Assembly (NCBI RefSeq): GCF_037042905.1 | Contig: NC_087245.1 | Span: 26,290,001 to 26,354,000, forward strand | Direction of reading: 5' to 3' | Source of the DNA: Lytechinus pictus | Lineage: Eukaryota | DNA length: 64,000 bases | In this document: one piece after another, positions 26,501 through 39,779 of the stretch | Layout of the letters: each line of letters begins with the position of its first letter | Numbering within the stretch: position 1 is the stretch's first letter | Program-made: the position numbers and the translations under genes | The notes under the pieces: model-generated | Databases searched by the model: none | What the model was told of the DNA's origin: nothing | What the model saw: only the letters and a program-made list of their open reading frames with translations

Positions 26501-27671
26501 TGTTCAAATTAGATCTACATGTAAAAGAGATTCATTAAAATATTACTTTTAAAATAAAAAGAAGTAATAACTGAGAAAACTATAGCGAAGATGAAGTCTG
26601 CCGTAGGACATGTTTCCAAAATCCATGAACAACGGACAAACCATGAAACATCCACCTTTTTCAGACCCCTTATTATGTGATGTTAAGAAATAGCGATAAA
26701 AAGCATTTTGGATGAAAAATGTGGTCATTTAGGTGAGAATATTGCACACACTTTTCTAGATTTCGTCATCATCAGATGACTTTGTATGGTATTTAAAAAA
26801 AAGGTGTAGACACTGTAAACTGAAAAATCTGCCGTTTGCAGGAGTTTTTATAAATTTTCAGATTTTTTTTAGTTAAAAAAATGTCATAAAATGATAAATA
26901 TGATGATCGGACTTCTTGCTTATCAGCAGACATCCTCTTAACCTTTTCATTATCTTTGCCATAATTTTCGACTTTTGCGGTCAAAATTTATTTTCAAATC
27001 TGTTTATTTGCTTGAATTGTTCTGTTGTTGTTTCTTTTTAATATGTTCTCTTTTAGGTTTGAATATTCCTTCTTTAAGCAAAAACAAAAAATTTTCAACC
27101 GAAGGTATGGGAGAGCATTTTTTTTTTTTAATCCTTTCATTGTGTGCTACAAAGTTTATGGTGCCTTTGAACAGTGGCATACAGATGGGCGGTGGCTCGG
27201 GGTGCCCCCCCCCCCCCCAATAAAAAAAAAGTGGAAAGGAAAGATAGAAAGTGAAATATGATTTATTTTCTGAATATTATGTCAAAATCTATCACAAAAT
27301 TTGATATTTTAATTTAAAAAAGTGGAAATTTTTGCTTGCTCATTTTGCTTGCTCACAATAAACCCTTGAAAATAGGATTCATGTTTTTAAAGGTACCATA
27401 ACATAATTCATTTCACATAATAAAAAGGATTTGAATTACAAGTTCTCCCAATTAATAATGAAAATCTTCTTGCTTGGGCTGACAAACAGTCTTCTTTCCT
27501 AGGCGCTTACTACTGGTGTTTCTAAGCGCACTGTGTACTGTTTATGGTTTGTACTTGGGATTAAAAGAAAAGAAGAAAAAAAAATGTGGCAGGGGAAAAT
27601 GACACAGCTAATGCAACTACATGCATACTTTTTGTTTTTAATCTTTGCCACTACTTTCTTAAACATGTTAA

Positions 27672-27784
27672 AGGGGAATCCAACCCAAATAAAAACTTGT
27701 TTTTTTAAGAAAAAGACAAATCAGACAAGTTGATATTTTTATCCTTCCCAATACAACATTTTATGGCCAAGGCTGGATTCCCCT
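27672..27784. mobile_element. Short Kolobok-type MITE
   Basis: TTAA|AGGGGAATCCAACC ... GGCTGGATTCCCCT|TTAA. Confidence 0.65.
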
Positions 27785-28475
27785 TTAATCTTTCTGGCCC
27801 AATCCTCTCTGTACTTTCTATCTAGATGATAGATCTATAATCTATATAAGACTATATCTCCTTAGTTTTATTTTTAATTACCCTTTCCCCTTACTCACCT
27901 TTTCTCTGTCTCCCTATGGCTATGCCGTCTTTAATCTTTATCCTTCCCCTTTTTTGTCTTTTCTAATACTTTTCATTCATGCTGCATGTACAATGTGCCT
28001 CATTGTGGTGGTTATAATTTATATACATGATAAATTGCGTACTTTAATCTTTATAATTAGGCCTATATTTACAAAAATACTTGAAAATTGAATCAACAAT
28101 TTATTCAATTTAGGCCTAGGCTAGGCCTATATGTATATCATTTCATGATTTTGAGTATTATTCTGTTATTGTAAATTGTACATATGTTTTTATTCAGCCT
28201 TTGGCTGCGAGGCATGTTTTAATAAATAAACCATTATTGAATTGAATTGAAAAAAAGGTGCGACGTGCGCACTGCGTAGATAGACATGCCCCGGCGTCAA
28301 CACAAAACACTACAAAATAATGTGCAATGTGGGACTAAAGAAAGGCGTCACAGTCACACAGACGCATCGCAGAAGTATTATAATTGTAAAAAACAGCCAT
28401 CTTAGTCATCTTCTACATCATCTATTTCTTTCTGAGAGGATAAATAATTCAAGCTACCTCTTACTGCAAACTCAC

Positions 28476-28630
28476 CGGTCACCACGCTTTGATATCAAAC
28501 AATTCTTTTATTTATTCGATCGTCTGTCTGGATTAAAAAGGCAAAGCTCCAAAACCGAATTTGACAATTCAAAATGTATGTGCTTCAATCTCACATCTGA
28601 TTGGTTGTATCGGGATGCTTAGCTCCGCCC
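28476..28630 (-). promoter_or_regulatory. Putative non-coding exon 1 and core promoter of DLGAP5 (CHR, CCAAT, GC box)
   Basis: On the minus strand: splice donor GTGAG at 28475-28471, TTTGAA at 28573-28568, CCAAT at 28604-28600 and GGGCGG at 28630-28625. The ATG exon has an acceptor 14 nt upstream of the start (exon begins 26514), so an upstream exon is required. Confidence 0.55.
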
Positions 28631-29839
28631 ATAAGATCTGCCCACCGAACATAGAGGGCTTTAACACTTTTATGCAGTTTCATTAAAAAGCTCAAAAAAT
28701 TTACAAAAGACTAGATTATATTTCGTTTTTTTTCTCTTTGCTGATGATACCGCTGTTACATACTTACATTATCTCACAAAAAAAAATACACACCTATATC
28801 ATCAGCTAATCTTGAATTATGTAAATATCTTGGTTTCAGATCATAGCTCTCAACAATTATGAAAAAAAAATAATAAGTAGACTAGACCCAGATCCCCCTT
28901 GGGCCACTTCCATCGACGAGTGGATACCATGCGAAAATCATATGAAAATGATGACTATATCTTCTTATTTCTCTTCCTAAGCGCGATATGAAACTTGTCG
29001 ATATTTCATTCTGAAAAAGGGACAATTTTATTCTTAAATTAATATCTTATTTATTAATCTAATCAGCCTAATGCATGTGAGAGCGCGAAATCTGTTAATA
29101 TTATGGCCTGAAAACTGGACATTTAAAGCACTTGTATTTATGAATAAGATGCATGAGTTGATATATTTTCAACAATCAATGCGAGCGCAAATCGCGAGCC
29201 GAAATTTTAATATTCAGACCATAAAACAGAAAGTTTTACAGAGCACTTTTTAAAAATCAATTTGTAAATCTAACAAAATAATGAAATTTCGATTTTCGAG
29301 CTGAAATATGTTTTCTATGTTGACTTCAAATTTTGATATTTCAAGCTCCATATTGGTATGTAAATGACCTAACAGGTAATGCGAGCACGAAGCGCGAGCG
29401 ATTTTTTTTTTATAGTGACATGAAAGATCTTAAATATTATTTTCCTAGTCTTCCCCTCATCTTATTCACTCGTCTTCCTCTTCTTGTGTTTCCCCTTCTT
29501 TTTTTCTCCTCTCTTTTCCCTTTTTTTTTTCTTTCTTCCCCCCTTTTTCTTTTTTTTTCTCGGTCAATAGGGGGGGGGGGGCCTCGGGCCCCCCCCTGGA
29601 TCCGCCTATGTAAGTGGGCTGATGATGTCACATCCCCACTTTCCTTTTTCTTATCTTATTACATGAAATCATAATTGTTTCATTTGTTCATAGATGTGTT
29701 AATGATGATGTTTCTCCATTATAATGAAATAAGTTTCAGCAATAAATAACTAATGTTGTCAAGGTTTACTGACGGTTAGTCTAACATCACTTGGTCTAAT
29801 CATCATATGGGCTATTTGGGCTAAACCCACTTAGTCCAA

Positions 29840-31094
29840 CCCAGAAGGAAAAAACCAGTAAGACCAGTAAGAATTTTTACTGGTTTCCAGTAGAATTTTA
29901 CTGGTTTCCAGTATATTTTTACTGGGCCAGTTGATTTTTAACTGGACCAGTAAAAATCAACTGGAGACCAGTTCAAACAATTGCATTCCAGTTAAAGCAA
30001 AGTAGTAATACCAGTTAAATTGTTTTTCATCAAACTGGTGTTACTGGTCCAATAAATGGTTTCCAGTAGATTTTTACTGGTTTCCAGTATATGTTTACTG
30101 GACCAGTTTATTTTTAACTGGACCAGTAAAAATCAACTGGAGACCAGTTCAAACAATTGCATTCCAGTTGAAGCAAAGTAGTAATACCAGTTAAATTGTT
30201 TTTCATCAAACTGGTGTTACTGGTCCAATAAATAATGACTTTATTTCAAGTCAGATCATTTGACGAATTATGGAAAATGAATCTTGCAATTCAGAGAAAG
30301 TTATTATCGTTATCATTGTTATCATCATTCTTCTTATAATTATCATAATTATTATTATTATGATTATTATGATCATTGTTGTTATCATTCTTATTACTGT
30401 TATCATTGTTATCGATATTGTAATTATTATTATTAATATTATCATAATTATCAAGTATTAACATTATCATTAAAATAATTATTTCCTTTAATTATGATAA
30501 AGATCAAAGCAAGATATATTCCTCTGATATAGTCAACTGGTCTAAAGTAATTCGAAATTGAACTGGTCAAGACCAGTAATACCAGTAATTCTGATGATGC
30601 TGATCACGTGGTTTCCCTCATTTCCTATTTTAAAAAGAAAAATCAGGATTTAGAATGGAATATCCTTGCAATGGCACTCATTTTTGTTTAAAAACTTTCC
30701 AAATAAGTGTGTGAACTAATTCACAATGGAAATATGTAATTTCATATATCACATTAAAAATAACAGCAGAAAGATTAATTTACTAACCATCTTTTCCATC
30801 ACATTTCACTGACCATGGTACATAACAAACCAAATGACCAGTAGAAAATACCAGTAAAAGACCAGCTGTGAAGACCAGTATGAAGACCAGTGAGACCTGT
30901 AACAAGCACCAGAAACAAAACCAGTATAAAATTCCAGTAATTCAAGACCAGTTTAATTTTTAACTGGACCAGTAAAATTTTAACTGGACCAGTATGACCA
31001 GTTAGACCAGTAAACCGATGTTCCAATTTCCAGAGTTACCAGTTAAAATTCTACTGGTCTAACTGGTCCAGTGGAACTGGTTTTTCCTTCTGGG
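29840..31094. mobile_element. CACTA/EnSpm-like non-autonomous element (CCC...GGG, 2-bp TSD)
   Basis: AA|CCCAGAAGGAAAAAA ... TTTTTCCTTCTGGG|AA with many ACCAGT/ACTGGT subterminal repeats, an internal ~175-bp duplication and an (ATT/ATC)n tract at 30300-30470. Confidence 0.75.
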
Positions 31095-31186
31095 AATTCT
31101 CTTTTGGTCTGATGACCACTTGGTCTAATAGCCAATTAGTCCAATGACCACTTGGTCTAATAGCCAATTGGTCTAATGACCACTTG

Positions 31187-31343
31187 GGGCCCGTTTCATA
31201 AAGGATTTGCAACTGTTGTAACTTTGCCATTATGGCAACTACCATGGTAACCTTGATTCTGATTGGCTGATGAGCCCTGTTACCATGGTAGTTGCCATAA
31301 TGGCAAAGTTACAACAGTTGTAAGTCTTTTATGAAACGGGCCC
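31187..31343. mobile_element. Palindromic GGGCCCGTTTCATAAA-family MITE
   Basis: Near-perfect ~65-bp arms. Degenerate relatives occur at ~2430-2575, ~3809-3967, ~6655-6790 and ~61444-61838. Confidence 0.8.
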
Positions 31344-31458
31344 CAGGTCTAATAGCCAATTGGTCTAATGCCCAGTTCGGCTAATTCTCACTTGGTCCAT
31401 TACTCAGTTGGTTTAGTGTGCAGTAGGCCTAATTTCCATTTCGGCTAATTTCCACTTG

Positions 31459-34299
31459 GTCTCATTCCTGCCTTTGATATCGAAACCCACTCGTATGGCG
31501 ACTCATTCCGCCACACTTATAGACAATATTTTTTGTAACACCCTGCCTTCGCCGGATTCTTCTGTAGTCATATCCGACATAACCGATCATTTTCCAATTA
31601 TGTCACATTTCACCCTTAGGCGCCCACTGAACAATCTACACCGGCCATCAAGGCGAAGACCAACTCATGAAAACATAGCCTTGACGCTTCTTTAGAATCT
31701 TCAGACTGGTCGCGTGTCTACAATACAAATGATGTTAATGCATCATTTGAAAACTTCCTTGACATATTTTGTAATAAATTAGATACTTACATTCCAAAAG
31801 TAAAAGACAAAGAAACGGCGTACAAAAAAACACCAAGACTTCCATGGATCTCCAAATCAATTTTACGTTCTATTAACAGAAAAAATAATTTGTACTATAA
31901 ATTTAAGACAAAAGGTACTGAGCAAGCTAAAATTAAGTATTCCAGATACAAAAAATATTTTGACTAAAACAATACGACTAGCAAAGAAAAAATACTTCAC
32001 GAAACAATTACATTTATATAAGAACGATATGCAAGGTACATGGAAGATTTTAAAACAAGCCATGAATTTATCAAATAACAAAACAAGCATAACTAAAATA
32101 AGGGATAATGATGAAATTGTTGAAGACTGAAATTATTGCCAATATTTTTAACAACTGTTTTTCCTCTATAGGGGTAAACTTAGCTCATGAAGTCCTTCCT
32201 TCAAACAAGCATTTTTCTGATTATCTGGGCATACCTAATCCAAATTCTATATTCTTTACGCCTGTTGTTGAACAAGAAATTATCGACATTGTGTCTAGTT
32301 TGAATAACAAAAAAAGTCCTGGCTATGATGATATCAACAATTTTATTTTGAAGGGTGTAATTTCCTCTATTGTTAATCCTTTGGTGTATATTTTTCATTA
32401 CAAAATGGTCAAGTTCCCGACAACATGAAAATTGGCAGAGTAATACCTCTTTTCAAAAAAGGTGATAAGTTTAATGTCAATAATTACAGACCTATATATT
32501 TCCTTATTGTCCTCCATATCAAAAATTTTAGAAAAGGTTGTTTACAGTAGAACTATTAACTTTTTGAAAGCACACAATATTTTCTCCGATTACCAGTTTG
32601 GCTTTAGAAAAAAACATAATACTGAACATGCCTTATTAAATTTCATTGACAAAGTGGCACATGCTCTCGACAACTCTTCACACATGGTTGGTATCTTCCT
32701 GGACTTCTCCAATGCCTTCGACACAATCAATCACAATATATTATTACATAAACTCGCTCACTATATGGGGTGCGTGGGAAGGCCTTGGAGTGGTTCAGGA
32801 GCTACTTATCCAATAGACGTCAGTACGTAACATTAAACGACTTTACATCCAACATGCGAAATATAAATTGCGGAGTCCCACAGGGTAGTCTGTTAGGTCC
32901 TTTATTATTTATCATTTACATTAATGATTTTTGTAAATCATCCGATATTCTTTCGTTCATATTTTTTGCCGACGATTCTAATCTTTTCTATTCTCATAAA
33001 AATCCAAACACACTACTAAATATAGTAAATTCTGAGCTAGAAAAGGTTACTCAGTGGATAAGAGCTAACAAACTATCCCTTAATCTAAAAAAAAACCGAA
33101 TACATGTTATTTAGTAACTCCATAGACACACTGCCCGCAAACATTGTGTTTGATGATACCCCTTTAGAAGTTGTTTCGTTTATAACGTTCCTTGGCATAA
33201 CTGTCGATAACAAACTTTCGTGGAAATATCACATTGAAAATATTTGTAAAGCGATTTCACGCAACATCGGCATAATAAATAAACTGAAATTTCATTTTCC
33301 TCCACGAACCTTATTAATGCTTTATTCTTCTTTAATCTTACCATATTTGAACTACGGCATTCTTGTTTGGGGCAATACCCACCAAGTTATATTAAACAGA
33401 CTTCTTTTATTACAAAAGAAATCTCTCCTTATAATTAACCATTCTTCATTTCTTTCACACACAGACCCATTGTTTGCTGAAAACAAGCTGCTAAAAATAA
33501 ATGATCTATATCTGTTTCACTTAGGCCAATTTATGTATAAATATAATAACAATTCACTTCCTCACGTATTTGATTCAATGTTCCCTCAAAATCGTTCATT
33601 TCATCATTACCCTACGAGACAGTCTAATGAGTTCCATTTACCTCTTTTAAGAACACTGTTAGCTAAAAAAAAAACATTTATATACGATGGCCCGAGATTC
33701 TGGAACTCCCTTAGTGAAGATATCATTAAAAGCCCATCCCTCTGTTCTTTTAAAATGAAACTTAAATATAATTTTCTGAAATCATACAGGTCATCATTTC
33801 CTCAATTTTGAATAATCATATCATTAAATTCACAATTTCATGCCTCCTTAACTTTATTTTTATTTTTTTGTTATTATCCGCGCGTTGAAGTCCTGCTCTA
33901 TTATCTTTCTTTATCTCTTTTCTCTTTTCCCTTTTTATTTTCATTTCCCTTGTGTGTGCTTCCATGTTTTCTTGTTCCTTGTTCTTTGTTTTTTTGTTTT
34001 GCTGTTCCCTGTTTTGTCATCTTCGTGTCTGTCTTCGTAAGCAATTCTAAAATAATTATTTAGAGGAGTCCACACAATACTGCTTTTTAGTGGATCCCTC
34101 CATTTTCTCAGAATTTTATTTTAAAATGGTTATGATATTTTGCTTATACATAATACTCTGTTTTGTTTTGCTTTTTACTTATAGATAAATATCATATACT
34201 GTACATGCCTGAATTTATTTTGTCTGTATAAGTTCACTGTAACTATTTTGACCACATTACTTTGTTCTGTTGAAAATGAAATAAAATAAATTGAATTAA
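31459..34299 (+). mobile_element. 5'-truncated, frameshifted CR1/L2-group (Crack-like) LINE
   Basis: Endonuclease C-terminus PLISKPTR..SATLIDNIF, then RT motifs KSPGYD, QFGFRKKHNTEHA, GIFLDFSNAFDTINH, GVPQGSLLGPLLFIIYIND and FADD, spread over several broken frames up to the stop at 33811. A 3'UTR ends in AATAAA plus ATTGAATT. Confidence 0.92.
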
Positions 34300-34309
34300 G
34301 CTCTATATG

Positions 34310-37181
34310 CTTGAGGGGGCCGAGTATGGCGCTTTTGGCAGGAAGTAGCTTAATATAGGTCCCGAGCGAGCGAAGCGAGCGAAGCGAGCGAGATAAAAAA
34401 ATCACCTTTTCATGAGAATCTAACATGAAGATAGATTTTAACGTGATATTCAGAAAAATATAATACTTTCCTTTCTTTCCTCATTTTTTTTTGTTTGGTT
34501 GTAGAACTTTTGGGGGCCATGGTCCAAACTCATCCATATAACAGTGCTTTATGGGTGGGGTCCAGGGCAGAGCCCCGAAACCTCTTGATATCAAAGCCAT
34601 TTTAAACCTTACAGATGGCCACTTATTTTAATCAAATTGCGTGTATATTTATATAGCTTTAACACAACACATAAATTCAATGCAGTTGTGTATCGTAATC
34701 ATCCAAATATTGTGAGGGGCACACCATAGCAAATGTGGGAAAATTTGTTATAAGTCGCCAGCGAGCCAGAAAAAAAAGGCCTGTTAAAATGAAATTCTAA
34801 TTATGTGATAGATTTTTACATCATTATAGCAAATATGTCATATCTTTTTTTTCATTCATCTCATTTCGCTTCCTCCTTTGTTTTCTTTTATTTCCCCTTG
34901 GCTGTGGAACCACCCCCCGGTACGCCAGTGCTTCAACGTAAAGCTAAATGCAGGAAGGGTCCATATAGGGGCCCGTTATAGAACCCATTGAAGGTTACAG
35001 ATGAAGAACCCCCACTGCACGGGGTCTTGACTCTTGGACGGAGCCTTTGGAGATTTAGCAAGTTTATGATAGACTTTCATACGACATTATGCTATATACC
35101 ATCCATTTTTCTTCCCGCTCGTTATCTCAATCCTCGGCAGCCCGGTAGTGTACGTTATCTTGTCCATATTCTTTATTTTCCAATTTAGATTTTGGCTAAT
35201 TCCATTCTGCCTTTATTTTCCGCTTTTGTTTGCCTTTTTGTCATCTTTAATTTATTTCCTTGTCTTATTAATCATGCTAATGTATTTGTATATCGGGGCG
35301 AATTGTTCTTTGTCACTCGTTCTTTTTCCTTCCTTTTCCCCGTTATCTTTCCGTTTTCCCTTTTTTATGTGTTTTCTTAGTTTTCTTTTCCCTTTTCCTT
35401 TCCCTTTCCCCTTTTTTCTTTCCTTTCCCTTTCCCTTTCTTCCCCCCTTTTTTTTTCTTTTTCCCGTTTTTTTTATTTTCCCGGTGAGCTCCGCCAGGGG
35501 GGGGGCAGCTTGCCCAGTGGCGTAACAGGCGGGGGGCAGGAGGGCAAGCTGCCCCCCCCTGGCGGATTTCACCGGGAAAAAATTAAAAAAACGGGAAAAA
35601 GAAAAAAGAGAGGGAGAAAGAAAGGGAAAGGGGAAAAGGAAAGGAGGAGAAGGAAAGGGAAATGGAAAAGAAAACGAAGATAAATATATATTTTTTTAAC
35701 AGAATAGGAAGGAAGGACAGCGGGAAAAGGAACGAAAGAAGAACATTTGAGAAAGGATAAATCATTCCGAAATAGGCCTATGTAATGCAATAGTGTGATG
35801 GGAAATAAATTAAAAGATGACAAATGACAAACAATAGCGGGAAATGAAGTTAGAAGGGAATTAGTCAAAAGCTGAAGGTGGAAAACGAAGAAAAGGGACA
35901 AGAAAAACAAAACACTTAATAACACGACCGGGCTGCCGATGATTGAAAATGAAGAGCGGGAAGAAAGATGGACTGCATACAACATTGTGCTGTAAGCTTG
36001 CTAAATTTTATTCAAATAAGATACCGGGGCTTTGCCCCGACCCCACGCAGTAGGGGCTCTTCATCTATAACCTTCAAATGGCTCTATATAACTTCCCCCT
36101 GTAGGGACCATACATTAAGCTTTACGTTCAATGAATGGCGTACAGACCCGGGGGGTCTTGGTTCCAAACCCAAAGGAAATAAAAGAAATTAAAGGAGACA
36201 ACGTATATGAAACAAATGGAAACAATGACATTTATTATTTACTGAATTAAAAAAATCTATATATCACGTAATTAGAATTTAAGTTCAGTAGGCAATCTTT
36301 TTTTCCAGCTTGCTTTCCTCGCTGGCGACTTTTATTAAAATAATATTCCCACATTGCCCCCCCCCCCCTCAAAATATTTGGTTCATTACGCAACTGGGCT
36401 GAATAAATGTGTTGTGTAAAAGCTATATTCTGTATATACCCGCGATATTTGATTAAAAATAGCGGCAATCTGCGTTGTTTAAATGGCTTTGATATCAAGA
36501 AGTTCCGGGGGCTCCGCCCCCGACCCCAATCGCATAGCACTTCGTATATGAGTATGGTAGGGTTGGGCCATGGCCCCAAAAAGTTCTACAACCAAGAACA
36601 AAAAACAAGGAGGAAATGAAGGCAAAGGAAAAGTGTAGGATATAATTTTTTTACTGAATATTATGTCAAAATATATCTCAAAGTCAAATTCTCATTAAAA
36701 GGTGATTTTTTTTCTCGCTCGCTTCGCTCGCTCGGGACTTATATTAAGCAGCTTTTGTTAACACATGCGCCATACTGCGCCCCTCGTTTGTTTGTTTTGT
36801 ATACTCATCACGTTACTGCCGCAAAGAATCCTGTTCATAGTGGCGTACAGACCACGAAAACAAGGAATGGAAAGAGAGAAAGGTGAAATATATGATTCTC
36901 TGCATATCAAAAAAATTGAATTTTTGGATTTAAAATGTCAAAATTTTTGCTCGCTCGCTTCGCTCGCTCGCAAATTTTTTTTTTTAAAGATAAATTCTGC
37001 CGATACGCAATAGGCCTATCTGGCCCTCTAAAAATTGTTGCCTCATTTCTCCATTACGCCTGTTCATACCATGATTATGACCGGGAATTTTTTGGCTCTT
37101 GCCCCCCCCCCCTGGCCACCGACCCCTGTTACGCCGCTGAGCTTGCCCCCCTGCCCCCCCCCCCCGCCTGTTACGCCACTG
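34310..37181 (-). mobile_element. Older, opposite-orientation copy of the same hAT family, interrupted by the 35515-37139 element
   Basis: 34310-35514 is the approximate reverse complement of 35550-36760. The terminal cccgcctgttacgccactg resumes at 37148-37181. Confidence 0.7.
35515..37139 (+). mobile_element. Non-autonomous hAT element (8-bp TSD AGCTTGCC)
   Basis: CAGTGGCGTAACAGG ... CCTGTTACGCCGCTG, with AGCTTGCC at 35507-35514 and 37140-37147. Confidence 0.88.
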
Positions 37182-38154
37182 ATCGATAGTCCTTCACGGT
37201 GAAGTTTTGCGCCCAGCAGTCCTACCCCAGCTCTACCCCTCGGGATCCTGGCGACATGTATTAACTGATCAATGCATGATATTTATCCATTAGGTACCAT
37301 ATATATTTTTGTTAATTCTAGATCAAATGAATAATACTGAATTATGTTATATTAGAATAAATGGACATTAGACCAAATGTGAATCAGTAGACCAAATGAA
37401 AACTAGACCAAGTGACGATTAGCCCAAGTGGTCATTAGACCATTTGGCTATTAGACCAAGCGGTCATTAGACCAAATGGATATTAGACCAAGTGGTCATT
37501 AGACCATTTGGCTATTAGACCAAGTGGTCATTAGACGAATTGGATATTAGACCAAGTGGGAATTAGACGAATTGGATATTAGACCAAGTGAGAATTAGCC
37601 AAAACTGGTTATTAGCCCAAAAGGAAATTAGACGAATTGGATATTAGACCAAGTGGGAATTAGACAAATTGGATATTAGCCGAACTGTTTGTAGACGAAA
37701 TGAATTTAGACTATGTAAGTTGGACGAAGTGATACGTAGACCAAGTGGTATTAGACCATCCGATAATTCACCGTTGTTAATCCAATTGTTTTAGTTCTAG
37801 GTAGAAAATTTTTGAATAAACTTAATTTCATATAACAAAATACAAAAGAACAAGTGGGGATATGACATCATCAGTCCACCTAATGAATATTCATGAAGTC
37901 ATATGCCTAGAACTCATGGGCGGAAATCCCAGGGGGACAGGGGGGACGCGTCCCCCCTACCATTTTGGAAAGGGGGGACATCATATCAAATGTCCCCCTA
38001 CTATTTGTGGTCTTTTATTATGGAAAAAATACATAATTCAAAATCGAAATTATACACATGTATCCTCGAATTTTGAAATATATATAAACAGATAGTTGGA
38101 TAGGAAAAGAAAAGGCATACCGGCCCGACTATTCTCGAACTCGCATCTAGCCTA

Positions 38155-39252
38155 TAAAGTCGGCAAGCCCTGAAAAAGTAGCTTCTTTTATCCAAGTGAT
38201 ATTCATGACTAGAGGTTTTTTGCATTGTTAATGAGCTTGGTGCGAACCAAAACACCTCTTTTTATTCGGCCATTGCTGCTCTAAATATTGACCAAATTTC
38301 ATGTTTTTGGTATCTTTGTAAAGAAGAAGAATTATTCTTTCAGGTCATGTGTTTGGATTTTTAAAAGGATGTTGTAATATAGGGAAAACTTTTGAACTAA
38401 AACATGAAACAAAATAATTTTTTTCATGCAACAAAAGTTGTTGTTTTCACAATTAATTTCTGTTTGAGCACAAATGATTCTTTAAGTTAGATCATGATAA
38501 AGCTGAAGATCTAAGCTTTAATATGATATTACTTGTATAAGAAGATGTATTTTAGATGGGTCAGCAGCCAGCTTTTCATAGGCCGAGTACATTTAGCAGC
38601 TCAAAAACAAGAATACTGCGCTCTGATTGGTCATAGAGACCACACACCCACGCAAATTCCAGTGTTCCCCACACTGGGCCTCTGCAAGGTCACACTCACC
38701 ATGTGGTAATCTCTTCAAATTACCCGCGGCTGTTGTTTTGAAAACATTATTCAGCCAATCAGAACTCTGGATTTTATGTTACTCAGAAATTTCAGAAATC
38801 TCGTCTTGCATCTTGATGGAAAAAGCTGGCTGCTGATGCTGCTGACCCATCTAAAAGATGCCACATATCAAGAGTGACATTGTAAGAAAGTATAGAGTTT
38901 GAGCTTTCTGATGATATGAATAATGTTTGTGCCTAAAACACAAAAATGTTGCACAATTTGCAAGTGAAAACAGAGGAAGAAAATTCTGTTTGATGCATCT
39001 TTTCAGGTAAAAATTTCACTTATTTATCAAAATATTTTATTCAAAAGAAGTGACCAATATAAAAGAGTAACATTTACTCTTCCCATGGTACAAAAATAAT
39101 CAATATTACTCAAGGAGAAAGTGGTTATATTCTTTGAGAAAGAAAGTCTCACAATTCACGAGATTTTGCAGGGACATGAATTCAGCCACGAGAGGACTTG
39201 GATAAATCTTGCTCATTTCCTCATTAACACAGGGGCTTGCTGACTGACTGTA
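38155..39252. mobile_element. Fold-back MITE nested in the hAT element
   Basis: Ends agtcggcaagccctg / caggggcttgctgact near TATA flanks, with an internal inverted pair tttagatgggtcagcagc (~38551) / gctgctgacccatctaaa (~38838). Confidence 0.55.
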
Positions 39253-39779
39253 TATGCCAAAGAGTGATGACATTGATGACATCGATGGCCATTGTCAATT
39301 TCATAACTAATAAAAATGACGGGGAAAAAAAATCGCCTCTGGATACCTATAAGTAAATTTAGTGCATAGATGGTAGACGAGAATGTACCATACCCCGTAA
39401 AAGCATACCCAATTCATTTTCCCTTTATTTCAAATTTACTTGGAATATAAGAATATTTTCATTGTTCGCGTACTCAGTAAAAAGAATAATTTTCATGAGT
39501 TATGATTAATCATTCACAGTGAATTTTAACTATGTCTAATCCCCCAAAATTTGTTTTTAAATACTCTATTAACGAGACTTTCATATTCCATTTTTACACA
39601 AAATTCCTGCCATGAGAGGGGTCATCATAGGTAGATCAAGGGGCACTGATCTCGGCGGCCCGCCCCCTATATATTGGCGGCGCAAAATAGGAAGGTGAGG
39701 AGAAAAATAAGAAGAAAGATAGGACGAGGAAGAAAATTAAATGATGGAAGGGGAGGGGAATGATGGGAAAAAAATAAAA

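Larger units (their letters stand above)
29763..37772. mobile_element. MuDR-like non-autonomous element with 15-bp subterminal repeat arrays, hosting several nested insertions
   Basis: GG...CC termini and an 8-bp TSD with one mismatch, GTTGTCAA (29755-29762) / GTTGTTAA (37773-37780). Left arrays read (cacttggtctaat)n at 29775-29839 and 31097-31460. Right arrays read (attagaccaagtgg)n at 37365-37760. The superfamily call is tentative. Confidence 0.65.

Noticed and set aside
30251..30461. Ile-rich ORFs on both strands
   Set aside because: They are translations of an (ATT/ATC)n microsatellite inside a TE.
35148..35985. Phe-rich and Lys/Gly-rich ORFs resembling membrane or basic proteins
   Set aside because: They are low-complexity purine/pyrimidine tracts of the hAT MITE pair.
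37365..37760. Regular short repeats superficially like a CRISPR array
   Set aside because: These are 15-bp head-to-tail units without unique spacers, mirrored at 31097-31460. They are TE subterminal repeats in a eukaryote with no cas genes.
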